DNA of 64,000 nucleotides from an uncultured Actinomycetes bacterium. GTDB taxonomy: Bacteria; Actinomycetota; Thermoleophilia; Gaiellales; JAICJC01. The stretch is from NCBI GenBank assembly GCA_963746115.1, contig CAVVAA010000009.1, positions 49,194 to 113,193 of the forward strand, written 5' to 3'. A program made the position numbers and the translations under genes. Positions 1-8,093 of the stretch are shown here, one piece after another. Under the pieces are notes generated by a model. That model ran no database searches. It had not been told where the DNA came from and saw nothing but the letters and a program-made list of their open reading frames with translations. The number at the start of each line of letters is the position of its first letter. The stretch's first letter is position 1.

Positions 1-94
1 CCAGCCACAGCAAGAACCGCAGAATGACGAACAGCAGCACGCCGTTCGCCACCAGGATGGCAATGGCCAGCAAGACCTTTGCGAAGATTCCCAC
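1..94 (-). CDS. hypothetical small membrane protein, N-terminal part only (runs off the left edge)
   Basis: GTG at 94, then VGIFAKVLLAIAILVANGVLLFVILRFLLWL. Hydrophobic helix with high GC3. Absent from the ORF track because there is no stop inside the window. Confidence 0.35.
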   Translation of the reverse strand, partial: MGIFAKVLLAIAILVANGVLLFVILRFLLWL

Positions 95-188
95 AGCACC
101 CTACCCGTCGTCCGACCCCGGAAAGGTACCCCAAAACCTCGGAGGAGGTGAAGGCATTGTCACGGACGTTTCGAGGCTTGGCAACCCC

Positions 189-602
189 TCACGCCCGCCA
201 GCCGCGAAACCCGCGCGCCAGGACGGCGATGATCGGTCCTTGCGGCGGGCGGTCCGCGTACTGCGTGTAGGCGGCTGCCAGCGCGGCGAGCCCCCGGTCG
301 CGCTCCTGCGCCGAGTCGACCACCGCCGCCTCGCCGTCCACACGCACCCACCACAGGCGCGACCAGTCGTCGTCGTAGCGATCGGCGAGGAGCGCCACGC
401 GCGGCTCGGCGGCGATGTGGCGCAGCCGGGCCAGGTCGGCCGTCGCCTTGGGCTTGTGGTCGACCGCCGTGTAGATCATCTCCCCGGCGAGCGCGAAGCA
501 GACCGGCACGATGTGCGGCGAGCCGTCCGGGCGCACCGTCGCCAGGCGGGCGACCGGCGCGGAGGCGAAGAGGTCGCGCGCCTCAGCCGGGTCGAGCCGC
601 AC
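189..602 (-). CDS. PPOX-class (pyridoxamine 5-phosphate oxidase fold) probable F420-dependent enzyme
   Basis: C-terminal 137 aa of ORF 189..953: ARLATVRPDGSPHIVPVCFA...DHKPK...LLADRYDDDWSRLWWVRVDG, typical of the TIGR03668-like family. GTG at 602. Confidence 0.8.
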   Translation of the reverse strand: MRLDPAEARDLFASAPVARLATVRPDGSPHIVPVCFALAGEMIYTAVDHKPKATADLARLRHIAAEPRVALLADRYDDDWSRLWWVRVDGEAAVVDSAQERDRGLAALAAAYTQYADRPPQGPIIAVLARGFRGWRA

Positions 603-2235
603 CGGACGTGTGCGCGTAGGCGGCCGCGAGGCCGGGCGCGAGATAGTCGGGCAGGTTGGCCTCGCCCGCGAGCGTCGCCAGGAAGGTGCGGTCGTCGTCG
701 GCGGTGAGGCCGTCGAGCGTGAGCGGCTGAAGGACGCTCGAGAGCGGCGGCTGGGCCGCGAGCAATCGATCGCTCGGGAGCACCGAGACCCCGCCCGCGG
801 GATGGGTGCGCATGGCGCGGTCGGTGTGCTCGATCTCGTCCAGGACGAGCGTCGGCCCTGCCGGCGGGGCCTCCGCGGCGACCAGCCCCGGGACGGCCGC
901 GACCACCGCCGGCTCGAGCGCCCTGGCGAGCTCCGGCAGGTTCGCGAGCGCATCGGACAGCGTCGATCGCGCCTGGGCGAGGCTGACGACGGCGACGTCG
1001 GGGTCGGCGCCCGCGAGGGCGAAGTTCAGGAGGCGGGTACGACCGCCGATGCGGACGCTCTCGCCGGTGCTCGTGAACGGCTCGACCAGGTGCGGCTGGC
1101 CGCAGGCGGCGACGCCGCCGATCATGACGAGCACGAGGTCGCGCTCGCCGGCCGCGATCAGGCCGGCGTAGGGGTCGGCGCTGGTGCCGGCGACGGCGAT
1201 CAGGTCGGCGCGTTTCCCGGCCTCGATCGAGCCGATCGCCGCATCCCAGCCCAGCATCCGCGCGGGCGTCGACGTCGCCATCGCCACCAGCTCGCGATCG
1301 GTGAAGATCGGCCCGCCGGCGGCGTGGGCGCTCACGAGCTGTGCGACCTTCAGCTCGCCGAGCAGGTTCTTGCTGCCCGACGGCGCCCAGTCCGAGCCGA
1401 GCCCGATCGGAACGCCGCTCGCCTTCATCGCCGCGACGTCCGCGGTGGCTCCGTAGAGCAGCAGGTTCGAGAGCGGCGACCACACCATCGCCGCTCCGTG
1501 CGCGGCGAAGACGGCGATGTCGGCCGGCTGGAGGCCGACGCTGTGGATCCCGATCAGGTGGTCGGAGATCGCCCACGTCCCGTCGGGAAGCTGCAGCGCC
1601 TGGAAGTGGCGGCGGGCGCTGTCGTCGGTGCCCTCGGCGAGATGCAGCAGCAGGCGGCGGTCGCGGGCGAGCTCGGCCGCGAACGCCGTGACGTCCGCCG
1701 CGGCAACGTCGGGGATCCGGCTGTGGGCGGGCGGGAGCGCGGGATCGTCAGGCTCCTCGACCGTGCGCACGACGCCGTGGTAGAACCGGGCGATGCCGGC
1801 GTTCGAGTAGAGCGCGATCCCCTGGCTCGTCGTCACCCCGGCGACGAGGCACTTCGCCTCGACGAAGCGCACGAGCGCCGGCACGAGGCTGGGCGTCTTT
1901 CCGAGCACCTGCATCGGGCCGCTGATCAGGCGGCGGTAGTCCGGCCCGGCCGACCACTGGCCGCGGTTCGTGAAGGCGCGCGGCACCTGCCAGAGCTGCA
2001 GGCAGTTGTAGCTCAGGTGGTTGTGGAGCTCGATCAGGCCCGGGTAGATCGTGCCCGCCGTGCGCAGCGCGGCGACCGACTCGAAGCCTGCTGGCGGCGG
2101 CACGCCGGCGGGGGCGACGGCGGCGATGTCGTTGCCGGCGATGTAGACGACGCCGTCGGGAAGGACGGTGCCCGCGCCGTCCATCGTGACGACACGGCCC
2201 CTGATCGCCGCACGGCCTGCCGCGGGGGCGTTCAC
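583..2235 (-). CDS. amidohydrolase family metal-dependent hydrolase
   Basis: ORF 583..2427. IRGRVVTMDG N-terminus, HxH motif (IELHNHLSY), GSDWAPSGS and AGKRADL motifs. The start is set at GTG 2235 and is uncertain. Confidence 0.8.
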   Translation of the reverse strand: MNAPAAGRAAIRGRVVTMDGAGTVLPDGVVYIAGNDIAAVAPAGVPPPAGFESVAALRTAGTIYPGLIELHNHLSYNCLQLWQVPRAFTNRGQWSAGPDYRRLISGPMQVLGKTPSLVPALVRFVEAKCLVAGVTTSQGIALYSNAGIARFYHGVVRTVEEPDDPALPPAHSRIPDVAAADVTAFAAELARDRRLLLHLAEGTDDSARRHFQALQLPDGTWAISDHLIGIHSVGLQPADIAVFAAHGAAMVWSPLSNLLLYGATADVAAMKASGVPIGLGSDWAPSGSKNLLGELKVAQLVSAHAAGGPIFTDRELVAMATSTPARMLGWDAAIGSIEAGKRADLIAVAGTSADPYAGLIAAGERDLVLVMIGGVAACGQPHLVEPFTSTGESVRIGGRTRLLNFALAGADPDVAVVSLAQARSTLSDALANLPELARALEPAVVAAVPGLVAAEAPPAGPTLVLDEIEHTDRAMRTHPAGGVSVLPSDRLLAAQPPLSSVLQPLTLDGLTADDDRTFLATLAGEANLPDYLAPGLAAAYAHTSGAARPG

Positions 2236-2463
2236 GGGGGGAACACTAGTGGTGGGCCAGGACGCCCTTGCGTGCAGCCCTGCGCCCGCCCCCGGGGCGC
2301 GGTCGTCGGTGCCAGCGCCACCCGGGCGGCGGCCCGCCCCCGGGAGGCCCGGAGTCGGCGGACTCCGGCGGATCCGTCTCGGCGAGGTCGCGCAGGAGCA
2401 GCACGAGGATGGCGATCCCCGGCACATGCAGGCTCGCCACGACCGCGTAGATCCAGAGGTTGC

Positions 2464-2919
2464 TCAGCCGCCGTCACCCCCGCCGTCACCGCCCGGGCCG
2501 TCTCCGCCGCCGTCACCGCCCGGGCCGCCGTCACCCCCGCCGTGGCCGTGACCGGGCTTGGGGCCGTGGCCGTGACCCGGCTTTGGGCCGGGGCCGGGTG
2601 GCGGCGGTGCGGCGACCGTCTGCGTCTCTGTCACGGTGACCGGGTCGGTGACCGTTCTCGTAACGGTCTCGGTCACCGTGCGCGCGGCGGCGTTCGCCTG
2701 CTGCGCCGACAGCGTCTCGGTACGGACGTGGCCGGCGACCGTGACCGTCCGGTCGACCGCCGCCTGCAGCGGCGCGCGGGCGGTCGTCGTCACCGTCTCC
2801 ACCGAGAGCACGTGGCCCGTCTGCCTGCTGCCCGCGCTCACACCGGCGAGCAGCCCCAGCATCAGACATGCCAGACCGCCCGAGATGGCCATCGCAAACC
2901 GTGTGGGACTCACACCCAT
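2464..2919 (-). CDS. membrane-anchored low-complexity protein (T/V repeats, His-Gly repeats, Gly/Asp tail)
   Basis: N-terminal hydrophobic helix AMAISGGLACLMLGLLAGV, then TVTETVTRTVTDPVTVTETQTV, two copies of GPKPGHGHG, and a GGDGGPGGDGGGDG tail. High GC3. Confidence 0.55.
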   Translation of the reverse strand: MGVSPTRFAMAISGGLACLMLGLLAGVSAGSRQTGHVLSVETVTTTARAPLQAAVDRTVTVAGHVRTETLSAQQANAAARTVTETVTRTVTDPVTVTETQTVAAPPPPGPGPKPGHGHGPKPGHGHGGGDGGPGGDGGGDGPGGDGGGDGG

Positions 2920-3008
2920 CGTGCCTCCCGCCCATCGCCCTGCCCGCCTACACCCGACACATTACCCGAGCCGGGCCGGGATCGGAAAGGAGCTCCCTCA
3001 CCCGGGGG

Positions 3009-3037
3009 TTGACCCATGGCATCGGCGCATGTTCAAT
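3009..3037 (+). promoter_or_regulatory. candidate sigma-70-type promoter for the sulfotransferase operon
   Basis: TTGACC, 17 nt spacer, TTCAAT, in a locally lower-GC intergenic stretch upstream of 3160. Confidence 0.3.
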
Positions 3038-3159
3038 TTGATTCCCGGATCTTCACCATCCCCGTGTGATCCGGCCCATGGAGGCGAGATGAGGCACGTT
3101 CCACGCCGTCCCCGCACGCCCGGGAGCGGCATCCACCATTGCCACGCGCGGGCAGGCGC

Positions 3160-4140
3160 ATGAAGCCGCCGATCCTGCTCACGGGCATGCACCGCTCCGG
3201 CGGGAGCTGGGTCGCCAAGATGATCGAGGGCGGCGGCGGCGTCGTGCACGTCAACGAGCCGTTCAACCGCCGCCATCCGCCTGGCCTCACGCCCGGGATC
3301 CTGCACGTGCCGCCGCCGCTCGCCTACCAGCACGTCGGCGAGCACAACGAGGCCGAGCACCTGGACGGATTCCGCAACATGCTCGATCTGCGCTACGACC
3401 TGGTCGCCGAGCTGCGCACGAACCACGGCGTCTACGACCTGGCGAAGGCCGCCAAGTACCTGACCGCGTTCACGTACGGCCGCGCCCGTGGCATGCGAAC
3501 GCTGATCGACGATCCGTACATGGTGTTCGCGACCGAGTGGCTGGCAGATCGCCTCGACTGCCGCGTGGTCATGCTCGTCCGCCACCCCGCGGGGATCGTC
3601 TCCAGCCTGAAGCGGATCGGGGCCGGTTGGAGCGACAACCTGCCCGACATCGCCGCGCAGCCGGAGCTGGTCGGCCGCTACCTGCAAGACCACGCCGCCG
3701 AGCTCGAACGCGCCGCCAACGAGCCGCTCGACCCGGTCGGCCACGGCGCCCTGCTCTGGCTCCTGATCCACTCGGCGATCGCGCAGCAGCTCGACCGCCA
3801 CCCGGAGTTCATCCTCGTCCGCTACGAGGACCTGGCCATGGATCCCGAGGCGGGGTTCCGCGACCTCTTCGAGCGCCTCGACCTGCCGTACACGGCCCGG
3901 GCCGAGAAGACGGTGCGTGAGGGCAGCATGGCGGGGCCGGCGGCGCGCCACAATCCGTGGGGCCGCGTGGGCCTCGGGCGCACGGCCTACCAGCCCATGG
4001 ACAGCAAGGCGAACGCCTGGGCTTGGCGCCGGCGCCTCGCACCCGACGAGGCCGCCGCGGTGATCGCGGCCACCCGGCCCGTCGCCGAGCGGTTCTACCG
4101 CCCCGACGAGCTCGCGGTCGACCGCGAGCACGCCGCCTAA
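3160..4140 (+). CDS. sulfotransferase family protein
   Basis: ORF 3139..4140. PAPS 5-PSB-like motif LLTGMHRSGGSW and 3-PB-like VMLVRHPAGIVSS. The start is taken at MKPPILL. Confidence 0.8.
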   Translation: MKPPILLTGMHRSGGSWVAKMIEGGGGVVHVNEPFNRRHPPGLTPGILHVPPPLAYQHVGEHNEAEHLDGFRNMLDLRYDLVAELRTNHGVYDLAKAAKYLTAFTYGRARGMRTLIDDPYMVFATEWLADRLDCRVVMLVRHPAGIVSSLKRIGAGWSDNLPDIAAQPELVGRYLQDHAAELERAANEPLDPVGHGALLWLLIHSAIAQQLDRHPEFILVRYEDLAMDPEAGFRDLFERLDLPYTARAEKTVREGSMAGPAARHNPWGRVGLGRTAYQPMDSKANAWAWRRRLAPDEAAAVIAATRPVAERFYRPDELAVDREHAA

Positions 4141-4178
4141 CTCGCACGGATCACCGGCGGGTGTCACAGCCCGGCCCT

Positions 4179-4218
4179 CCGTCTCGTCATGTGGGTAACG
4201 ACCCATTCGACGAGACGG
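4179..4218 (+). other. intercistronic stem-loop just upstream of the epimerase RBS
   Basis: CCGTCTCGTC ... GACGAGACGG 10-bp stem with an inner TGGGT/ACCCA stem. The GGAGGA RBS follows directly. Confidence 0.4.
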
Positions 4219-4228
4219 AGGAACCGAA

Positions 4229-5200
4229 ATGCGTGTGTTCGTAGCAGGGGCGACCGGTGTGATCGGGAGGCAGCTCGTGCCGCAGCTGGTGGAGGCCGGC
4301 CACACCGTGGTCGGCAGCACCAGGTCGAGCACGAAGGCGGTGTGGTTGGCGGAGGCGGGCGCCAAGGCGGCCGTGATGGATCCGCTCGACCGCTCCGAGG
4401 TGATGACCGCCGTGATGCGAGCCGAGCCCGATGTGGTCGTCCACGAGCTGACGGCGCTTCGCGGCCAGGCCGACCTGCGCCGGTTCGACCGCTCGTTCGC
4501 GGAGACGAACGAGCTGCGCACCCGCGGGATCGACCTCCTGCTGGAGGCCGCGCAGGCGGCCGGGGCGACCCGGTTCCTGGCGCAGAGCTACACGGGCTGG
4601 CCGAACTCCCGCGAGGGCGGGCCGGTGAAGACGGAGGAGGATCCGCTCGACCCGACACCGCCGAAGGCGATGCGGGAGTCGCTCGCGGCGATTCGCCACC
4701 TCGAACAGGTCGTGGCCGGCGCACAGGGGATCGAGGGGCTCGCGCTCCGCTACGGGGCGCTGTACGGGCCGGGGACGTCGATGGCCGAGGAGTATGCGGC
4801 ACTGATCCGGCGGCGGAAGTTCCCGGTCATCGGCGACGGTGCCGCCGTGTGGTCGTTCGTCCACGTCGCGGATGCCGCGGCCGCGACGGTGGCCGCGCTC
4901 GACCACGGCGGGCCCGGCGTCTACAACATCGTCGACAACGATCCGGCCCCGGTCTCGGAGTGGCTTCCGTACTTCGCGGCCGTGCTGGGCGCGAAGCCGC
5001 CCCGGCACGTTCCCGCGTGGATCGGGCGGCTCGCCGCCGGGGAGGTCGGCGTCGTCATGATGACCGGGTCGCGCGGCTCGTCGAACGCGAAGGCGCGCCG
5101 CGAGCTGGGCTGGGAGCCGGCGCATCCGAGCTGGCGCTCCGGGTTCGCCGAGACGGCGGCCGGCGCCCCGCGCGTCCGGGCGCGAACCCACGAGCGATGA
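4229..5200 (+). CDS. NAD-dependent epimerase/dehydratase family (extended SDR)
   Basis: MRVFVAGATGVIGRQLV Rossmann GxxGxxG motif. Intact 323-aa ORF. Confidence 0.85.
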   Translation: MRVFVAGATGVIGRQLVPQLVEAGHTVVGSTRSSTKAVWLAEAGAKAAVMDPLDRSEVMTAVMRAEPDVVVHELTALRGQADLRRFDRSFAETNELRTRGIDLLLEAAQAAGATRFLAQSYTGWPNSREGGPVKTEEDPLDPTPPKAMRESLAAIRHLEQVVAGAQGIEGLALRYGALYGPGTSMAEEYAALIRRRKFPVIGDGAAVWSFVHVADAAAATVAALDHGGPGVYNIVDNDPAPVSEWLPYFAAVLGAKPPRHVPAWIGRLAAGEVGVVMMTGSRGSSNAKARRELGWEPAHPSWRSGFAETAAGAPRVRARTHER

Positions 5201-6156
5201 CCGCGCAGGCGATACCCTCCGGACGCATGGGTCGCGCCTCCGGCCATGGCGACGACGTCGCCATCCGCACGTCCGGGCTCGGCAAGCGCTACGGCGCGAC
5301 CGTCGCGCTCGCCGGGCTCGACCTCGCCGTCTCCGCCGGCGAGGTGTACGGATACCTGGGGCCGAACGGCGCGGGGAAGACCACCACGATCCGGCTCGTC
5401 CTCGGGCTGCAACGCCCGAGCGAGGGGGACGCGGCGATCTTCGGGATCGACGCCTGGCGCGACCCGGTCGAGGCGCATCGGCGGGTCGCCTTCGTGGCCG
5501 GCGAGCCGATGCTCTGGCCGGCGCTCACCGGCCTCGAGAGCCTCGAGTTCCTGAGCCGCCTGCGCGGAGGCGTCGACGAGGCGTACCGCCGGACGCTGAT
5601 CGACCGGTTCGAGTTCGACCCGCGCAAGCGCGTGCGCGACTACTCCAAGGGCAACCGGCAGAAGATCCAGCTGATCGCCGCGTTCGCGGCCCGCCCCGAC
5701 GTGCTCGTCCTGGACGAGCCGACGAGCGGCCTCGACCCGTTGATGGAGGCGGCCTTCCGCGACACGGTCGCCGAGTCCAAGACGGCCGGACAGGCCGTGT
5801 TCCTCTCGTCTCACATCCTGAGCGAGGTCGAGGCGCTGTGCGACCGTGTGGGCATCCTCCGCGAGGGGCGGCTGGTCGAGGAGGGGACGCTCGCGGACCT
5901 GCGCCACCTGTCCGCGCGGGTCGTCGAGGCGACGTTCGACGGGCCTCCGCCCGACCTGGTCCTGCCGGATGGCGTCACGTCGACGCCCGTCGGGGAGAGC
6001 GCGGTGCGCTTCGACGTGCGCGGCCCGGTCGGCCCGCTGATCGACCGCCTGGCCGGCACGGGGCTGATCGCGCTGGTCAGCCGGGAGCCGACGCTCGAGG
6101 AGCTCTTCCTGGCCCACTACGACCGCGGCGGCGAGCATGCAGGGATCGCCCGCTAG
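5197..6156 (+). CDS. ABC transporter ATP-binding protein
   Basis: Walker A GPNGAGKTT, signature YSKGNRQK, Walker B VLVLDEPTSGLD. The ATG overlaps the epimerase stop (ATGA). Confidence 0.9.
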   Translation: MTAQAIPSGRMGRASGHGDDVAIRTSGLGKRYGATVALAGLDLAVSAGEVYGYLGPNGAGKTTTIRLVLGLQRPSEGDAAIFGIDAWRDPVEAHRRVAFVAGEPMLWPALTGLESLEFLSRLRGGVDEAYRRTLIDRFEFDPRKRVRDYSKGNRQKIQLIAAFAARPDVLVLDEPTSGLDPLMEAAFRDTVAESKTAGQAVFLSSHILSEVEALCDRVGILREGRLVEEGTLADLRHLSARVVEATFDGPPPDLVLPDGVTSTPVGESAVRFDVRGPVGPLIDRLAGTGLIALVSREPTLEELFLAHYDRGGEHAGIAR

Positions 6157-7732
6157 CGCGGTCGTCCGGCACGCGCTGCGCGGCGAGCGGGTGCGCCTGG
6201 GCGTGATCGGGCTGATCGCGGTGCTCTACACGCTCGCGAACGTGGTCGGATACCGCCAGGCCTACCCGACCCATGCCGCGCGGGAGCAGTTCGCGCGGGC
6301 GTTCTCGGACAACATCGCCCTGCGCCTGTTCTACGGCGTCCCCCACGACCTGGCCAGCGTGGGCGGCTTCTTCGAGTTCCGGGCGATGGGGATGCTGGCC
6401 ATCCTGGCGTCGGGCTGGGCGGTGTTCGCCGCCGTGCGCGCCCTGCGGGGCGAGGAGGACGCCGGCTGCTACGAGCTGATCCTGGCCGGGGCGATCGGGC
6501 GCGGCGGTACGGTGGTCGCCGTTCTGGCTGCCCTTGCCCTCGAGTGCTCGGCCCTGTTCGCGCTGCTCTGGGTCGTCCTGCTCGTCTTCGCCGTCGGCTC
6601 GGGCGACATGACGGCTGCCCAGTCGGCGATGGTCTGCGCGGCCATCGCCGGGCCGGCCGCCGTATTCGCCGCCGCCGGAGCGCTCGCCTCCCAGCTCGCG
6701 CCCACGCGGCGCGCCGCCCAGGCCGGGGCGGGGCTCGCGCTCGCCGTTGCGGTCTTCTTCCGCATCGTGGCCGACATCGGCCACGGCATCGGCTGGGTGC
6801 GCTGGATCTCGCCCATCGGGTGGGTGGAGCAGGTGCGGCCGGTCACCGGCGCGCGCCCCGCCGTCCTGCTTCTGTTCGCGGCCGCCGCGCCGCTCCTCGC
6901 CGCCGTCGCCGTGCTCGTCGCGCGCAACCGCGACCTGGGCGCGAGCGTGCTCTCGCGGCGGGCGACCGCCCGGTCGCGGACGGGCCTCCTCGGCTCTCCG
7001 GCGCAGGCCGCTCTGCGGGGTGAGCTGCCATCGCTGGCGGCGTGGGTCGCCGGCACGGGCCTCTTCGCGTTTGCGCTGGGGGCGTTCGCCCACAGCGTCG
7101 CTGAGGAGATGCGCAAGGTCACGATCCGGACGTACGGGCTCGACATCACCACGGCGGCGGGATACCTCGCTGCCGTCTTCGGGATCTTCGCGATGGTGGT
7201 CGCGCTCTACGCGGTCAGCCACGTCGGCGGCCTCCGCGACGAGGAGTCGTCGGGGCGCTTGGAGACGATGTTCGCGCTGCCGGTCGCCCGGCGCTCGTGG
7301 TTCGGCGGGAGGCTGCTCGTTGCGGCCGCGGCGACGGCCCTGCTCTCCCTGGCGGTCGGCGTGCTTGCCTGGGCCGGCGCAGCCGTCACGAGCGGGGGCG
7401 TCGGGTTCGGCGCGATGGTGACGGCGGGGGCGAACTGCATCGCCGTCTCCGTGCTCTTCCTCACGCTCGGGGCGCTCGTGTTCGCATGGGCGCCGCGGCC
7501 GAGTCCCGGCGCGGCGTTCGCGCTCGTGGGCGTCGCGTTCCTGTGGGAGCTCGTCGGCGCGCTGGTGGGCGCGCCGTGGTGGCTGCTCACGATCTCGCCC
7601 TTCCATCACGTCACGCAGGCGCCGCTCGTCGCGGTCGACCGCCGCGGCACGGCCGTCATGCTGATCGTCGCCGCGGTGGCCGCGGCGGCGGCCGTCGAGC
7701 GCTTCGCCCGGCGCGACCTGCAGACCGGGTGA
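6137..7732 (+). CDS. ABC-2 type exporter permease (duplicated 6-TM module)
   Basis: 531-aa polytopic ORF overlapping the ATPase gene by 20 nt. Confidence 0.8.
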   Translation: MQGSPASAVVRHALRGERVRLGVIGLIAVLYTLANVVGYRQAYPTHAAREQFARAFSDNIALRLFYGVPHDLASVGGFFEFRAMGMLAILASGWAVFAAVRALRGEEDAGCYELILAGAIGRGGTVVAVLAALALECSALFALLWVVLLVFAVGSGDMTAAQSAMVCAAIAGPAAVFAAAGALASQLAPTRRAAQAGAGLALAVAVFFRIVADIGHGIGWVRWISPIGWVEQVRPVTGARPAVLLLFAAAAPLLAAVAVLVARNRDLGASVLSRRATARSRTGLLGSPAQAALRGELPSLAAWVAGTGLFAFALGAFAHSVAEEMRKVTIRTYGLDITTAAGYLAAVFGIFAMVVALYAVSHVGGLRDEESSGRLETMFALPVARRSWFGGRLLVAAAATALLSLAVGVLAWAGAAVTSGGVGFGAMVTAGANCIAVSVLFLTLGALVFAWAPRPSPGAAFALVGVAFLWELVGALVGAPWWLLTISPFHHVTQAPLVAVDRRGTAVMLIVAAVAAAAAVERFARRDLQTG

Positions 7733-7735
7733 GCG

Positions 7736-8083
7736 TCAGCCGGCGGCGGCGCGGCGGCGGGCTTCGAGCCGCCGGCCGATGATCGCGATCGCGACGGCCG
7801 CGGCCGCGAGCTGCGCGGGGCTGAGACCGCCTGCGCGCGTGTGCGCCTCGCGGGACGCGAGCACCGCGCCGTAGGAGCGGTCGGAGAGAAGCGACCAGCG
7901 CGACCGGGCCGAGAGCATCGACCCCAAGGAGGCGAAGGAGCCGACCGACCAGGCCGAGCACGCGCTTCCGATCGACCCGACGGAGAGCACCGAGCCGACC
8001 GACCCGATCGAGAGGACAGAGCCGGTCGATGCGATCGAGAGCAGCGAGCGGTCGGAGCGGATCGACCAGCGTGACGTGGGCAC
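7736..8083 (-). CDS. tail-anchored protein with 23 consecutive Ser-x-x triplets
   Basis: Ser at every third residue from S4 to S70. C-terminal hydrophobic segment AAAAVAIAIIG followed by an Arg-rich end. GC3 is high in this frame and low in the antisense ORF. The gene lies 10 nt downstream of the CPBP gene. Confidence 0.6.
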   Translation of the reverse strand: MPTSRWSIRSDRSLLSIASTGSVLSIGSVGSVLSVGSIGSACSAWSVGSFASLGSMLSARSRWSLLSDRSYGAVLASREAHTRAGGLSPAQLAAAAVAIAIIGRRLEARRRAAAG

Positions 8084-8093
8084 GCCCGTAGTC

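Noticed and set aside
2464-2620. Tandem DNA repeats (GCCGTCACCGCCCGGGCCG and GGCCGTGGCCGTGACC units), considered as a possible CRISPR or VNTR
   Set aside because: The repeats are short, contiguous, in frame and GC3-biased inside an ORF. There are no spacers.
511-3012. 833-aa plus-strand ORF, the longest in this part of the track
   Set aside because: It is antisense to the well-supported amidohydrolase and low-complexity genes. The translation is Arg/Gly/Ala-rich with no motifs. This is a typical high-GC shadow ORF.
7841-8074. Plus-strand 77-aa ORF with its own periodic sequence (antisense of the Ser-x-x repeat)
   Set aside because: Third-position GC is poor in this frame and high in the minus-strand frame. 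The periodicity is simply the complement of the coding repeat.
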